Assembly (NCBI GenBank): GCA_963674695.2
Contig: CAXXGI010000002.1
Location: forward strand, 1-64,000
Direction of reading: 5' to 3'
Length of the DNA: 64,000 bases
From: a bacterium
Lineage (GTDB): Bacteria; UBA10199; 2-02-FULL-44-16; JAAZCA01
The notes under the pieces are model-generated. The model was not told the origin of the DNA. It did no database searches and saw only the letters and a list, made by a program, of their open reading frames with translations. The number at the start of each line of letters is the position of its first letter. The stretch's first letter is position 1. Both the position numbers and the translations under genes were made by a program. This document shows, one piece after another, positions 62,249-64,000 of this stretch.

Positions 62249-63154
62249 TTCTCCTATGACCAACGCCGTTGTTTTATCAGAGGAGAGAAAGGTGCGGTGG
62301 GAGGAATGGGTGTTCTCTAATAATTGTTCCAGCTCCAAATGCGTATATCGATAGGAGATGGCGGTTACAATTCTCTGACCAGGGTGGATGGATGTGCGGC
62401 GCTGTACGTCAGGAGGAATGTTCGAGACGACGAACTGCATCTCGACGCGGGAATTGTTGAAGGCAACTTCATACCGAACGGCTTCCGGATTAAAACCCAA
62501 ATTCTTGAGCGGCCCGAAGGCCACCGATTCTGTCTGTGCATTCCGATAGTGCGAGAGGATGCGTTCGGTCGAGTTGGTTTTCGTCACCAGCTCGCTGGCC
62601 AGCAGCGTCTGTCCCCGCCCGGCGGAGATCTCCTTGAGCCGGGGGAGGATCTCCTCGGGCGGAAAGTTCATGAACGTCAATCCGATCATGCAGAGGATCT
62701 CCTCCGTCCTCAGATGCGGTGCGATCAGTCGAGCGCATTCCTCGAACGAGGCGTGGATGGGGGTTGTTCGTCGTGAAAAGTCGGCCATCTCACGGGCGGC
62801 AATAGACAGGAACGGTTCGCTGATATCGACGGGATAGTAATCGAGGGCGATGCCCCTTTGCTGAAACTCGTGAGCGATCGGCAGGCTCTTGTCGGGAAAT
62901 CCGGGGCCGAGGTCGATGAGCGAGACCTCCGATGTGACGTCGTCGAGAATCTCGTCGAGGTGTTCACGGATGAGCTGAACCGTCGGGCTGTGGAAAGCAT
63001 TCACGTAGTCCGGATTGTTCATGGCATCGAGGTAGCGGTCGGACTGTTCCTCGGAGAGGTAGAGCAGGTGCGGCTCGATCAGGAGCAGGCGATCGGAATC
63101 GTGAGAATCCGCCTTGAGGCATCGGAGGGTTTCCTCGAATGGGGAATGGGCCAT
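62243..63154 (-). CDS. EgtD-like (histidine N-alpha) SAM-dependent methyltransferase family
   Basis: LIDLGPGFPDKS, YYPVDIS, GLTFMNF, RVEM and ISYRYT. Confidence 0.72.
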   Translation of the reverse strand: MAHSPFEETLRCLKADSHDSDRLLLIEPHLLYLSEEQSDRYLDAMNNPDYVNAFHSPTVQLIREHLDEILDDVTSEVSLIDLGPGFPDKSLPIAHEFQQRGIALDYYPVDISEPFLSIAAREMADFSRRTTPIHASFEECARLIAPHLRTEEILCMIGLTFMNFPPEEILPRLKEISAGRGQTLLASELVTKTNSTERILSHYRNAQTESVAFGPLKNLGFNPEAVRYEVAFNNSRVEMQFVVSNIPPDVQRRTSIHPGQRIVTAISYRYTHLELEQLLENTHSSHRTFLSSDKTTALVIGEL

Positions 63155-63176
63155 GAGAGCGCCTTTGGAACACAAA

Positions 63177-63208
63177 CGGCCGGGAAGGACATCATGCCTT
63201 CCCGGCCG
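63177..63208 (-). terminator. Hairpin after tRNA-Leu
   Basis: CGGCCGGGAAGG-N8-CCTTCCCGGCCG, followed by TTTGT on the minus strand. Confidence 0.6.
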
Positions 63209-63217
63209 GTTGCATTG

Positions 63218-63299
63218 TGCCCAGGGCGGGATTCGAACCCGCATGGGTCGCCCCACACGCCCCTCAAGCGTGCGTGTCTGCCAATTCCACCACCTGGGC
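63218..63299 (-). tRNA. tRNA-Leu(GAG), CCA not encoded
   Basis: GCCCAGG acceptor stem, GGAATTGGCAGAC D-arm, CACGC-TTGAGGG-GCGTG anticodon arm, variable arm, GTTCGAATC; usual position after secG. Confidence 0.95.
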
Positions 63300-63377
63300 C
63301 AATTTTCAAAACAACATCCGTCGGCTGCTTTTCCAACCGGCGCGTCTCTAGCACCGGCGATTTGTCTGCGCAAGCCC

Positions 63378-63746
63378 CTATTTCTTCGGTGCTTCTGTAG
63401 CCTTTTCGGCGGGGACCGCTTCCGTTGCCGGTTCGAGTTTGTCTACTTCCGCCGTTGCCGCTGCGGTTGGCGCTGTTTGCTCTGTCACCGCGGCTTTGTC
63501 CATGACCGACGTTCCCGTCTGGGTCTTGGCGATGTGCGCCAGCCAGATCGAGGTCACCAGAAATCCGGCAGCGACAAACGCCGTGGCCTTGTTGAGAAAT
63601 GTTGCGGGGCCACGACTGCCGAAGACCGTCTGGGATGCACCGCCGAAGACGGCGCCGACGTCGGCACCCTTTCCGGCCTGCAGCAGGATGACGACGATCA
63701 GAAAAAAGCAGAGCAGATAGTGTGTAATGATGAGCAGTGTTTCCAT
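63378..63746 (-). CDS. secG: Preprotein translocase SecG
   Basis: ILLQAGKGADVGAVFGG...FLNKAT. Confidence 0.95.
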   Translation of the reverse strand: METLLIITHYLLCFFLIVVILLQAGKGADVGAVFGGASQTVFGSRGPATFLNKATAFVAAGFLVTSIWLAHIAKTQTGTSVMDKAAVTEQTAPTAAATAEVDKLEPATEAVPAEKATEAPKK

Positions 63747-63777
63747 GTTATGACACCTTTCTTTCCCCACGATTGAA

Positions 63778-64000
63778 CTAATGTGCGCTGTGCACGATGG
63801 CGGCGAACGCTTTTGGATCGAGGGCGGCGCCGCCGACGAGCGCGCCGTCGATGTCGGGTTTGGTCAGGAGCTCGCGGCTGTTCGACGGCTTCACGCTGCC
63901 GCCATAGAGCAGGCGCGTCGTGTCGGCGACTTTGGCGCCGAAGGTGTCGGCCAGGTGCTTGCGGATCAGGGCATGCACCTCCTGTGCCTGCTCCGGCGTT
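63778..64000 (-). CDS. tpiA: Triosephosphate isomerase (3' part)
   Basis: [11 protein letters not shown] and [12 protein letters not shown]. Confidence 0.95.
   Translation of the reverse strand, partial: TPEQAQEVHALIRKHLADTFGAKVADTTRLLYGGSVKPSNSRELLTKPDIDGALVGGAALDPKAFAAIVHSAH

Noticed and set aside
59583-63299. Prophage or integrative island at tRNA-Leu
   Set aside because: No integrase, phage genes or duplicated tRNA 3' end were found in the window.
63155-63373. N-terminal 73 aa of the 376-aa ORF
   Set aside because: It overlaps tRNA-Leu and its hairpin; the start was reassigned to 63154.

Overview
High-GC bacterial chromosome segment spanning the replication origin. The gene order parA-parB-bactofilin-atpF'FHAGDC and the protein styles suggest a deltaproteobacterial-type lineage (inference). 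Core: rsmG-parA-parB with two parS sites; yidC-yidD-rnpA-rpmH divergent from dnaA-oriC-dnaN-recF-gyrB; and tpiA-secG-tRNA-Leu. The left arm holds a 16-kb co-directional bioenergetic block: F-type ATP synthase (no a or c subunit here), a V/A-type ATPase (E, C-like, A, B, D, I, K) with a Na+-type rotor signature, and a K+-dependent membrane pyrophosphatase. Several of its gene junctions carry 7-9 bp tandem repeats, some with an inverted arm. Four observations stand out. (1) A sigma28-like promoter with an altered -35 (GCAACTTT-N11-GVCGATAH) occurs nine times, only before orphan or peptidoglycan-related genes that mostly lack signal peptides, suggesting a dispersed regulon of possible effectors. 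(2) Both subunits of the archaeal-type GatDE amidotransferase are present in a bacterium. (3) Three tandem paralogous orphan genes share an N-terminal module, and one is frameshifted by an 8-bp duplication. (4) A 1307-aa orphan ends in a JAB/MPN-like motif. Three apparent frameshifts in the first 2.1 kb may be sequence errors. All calls come from motif recognition by eye; no database searches were run.
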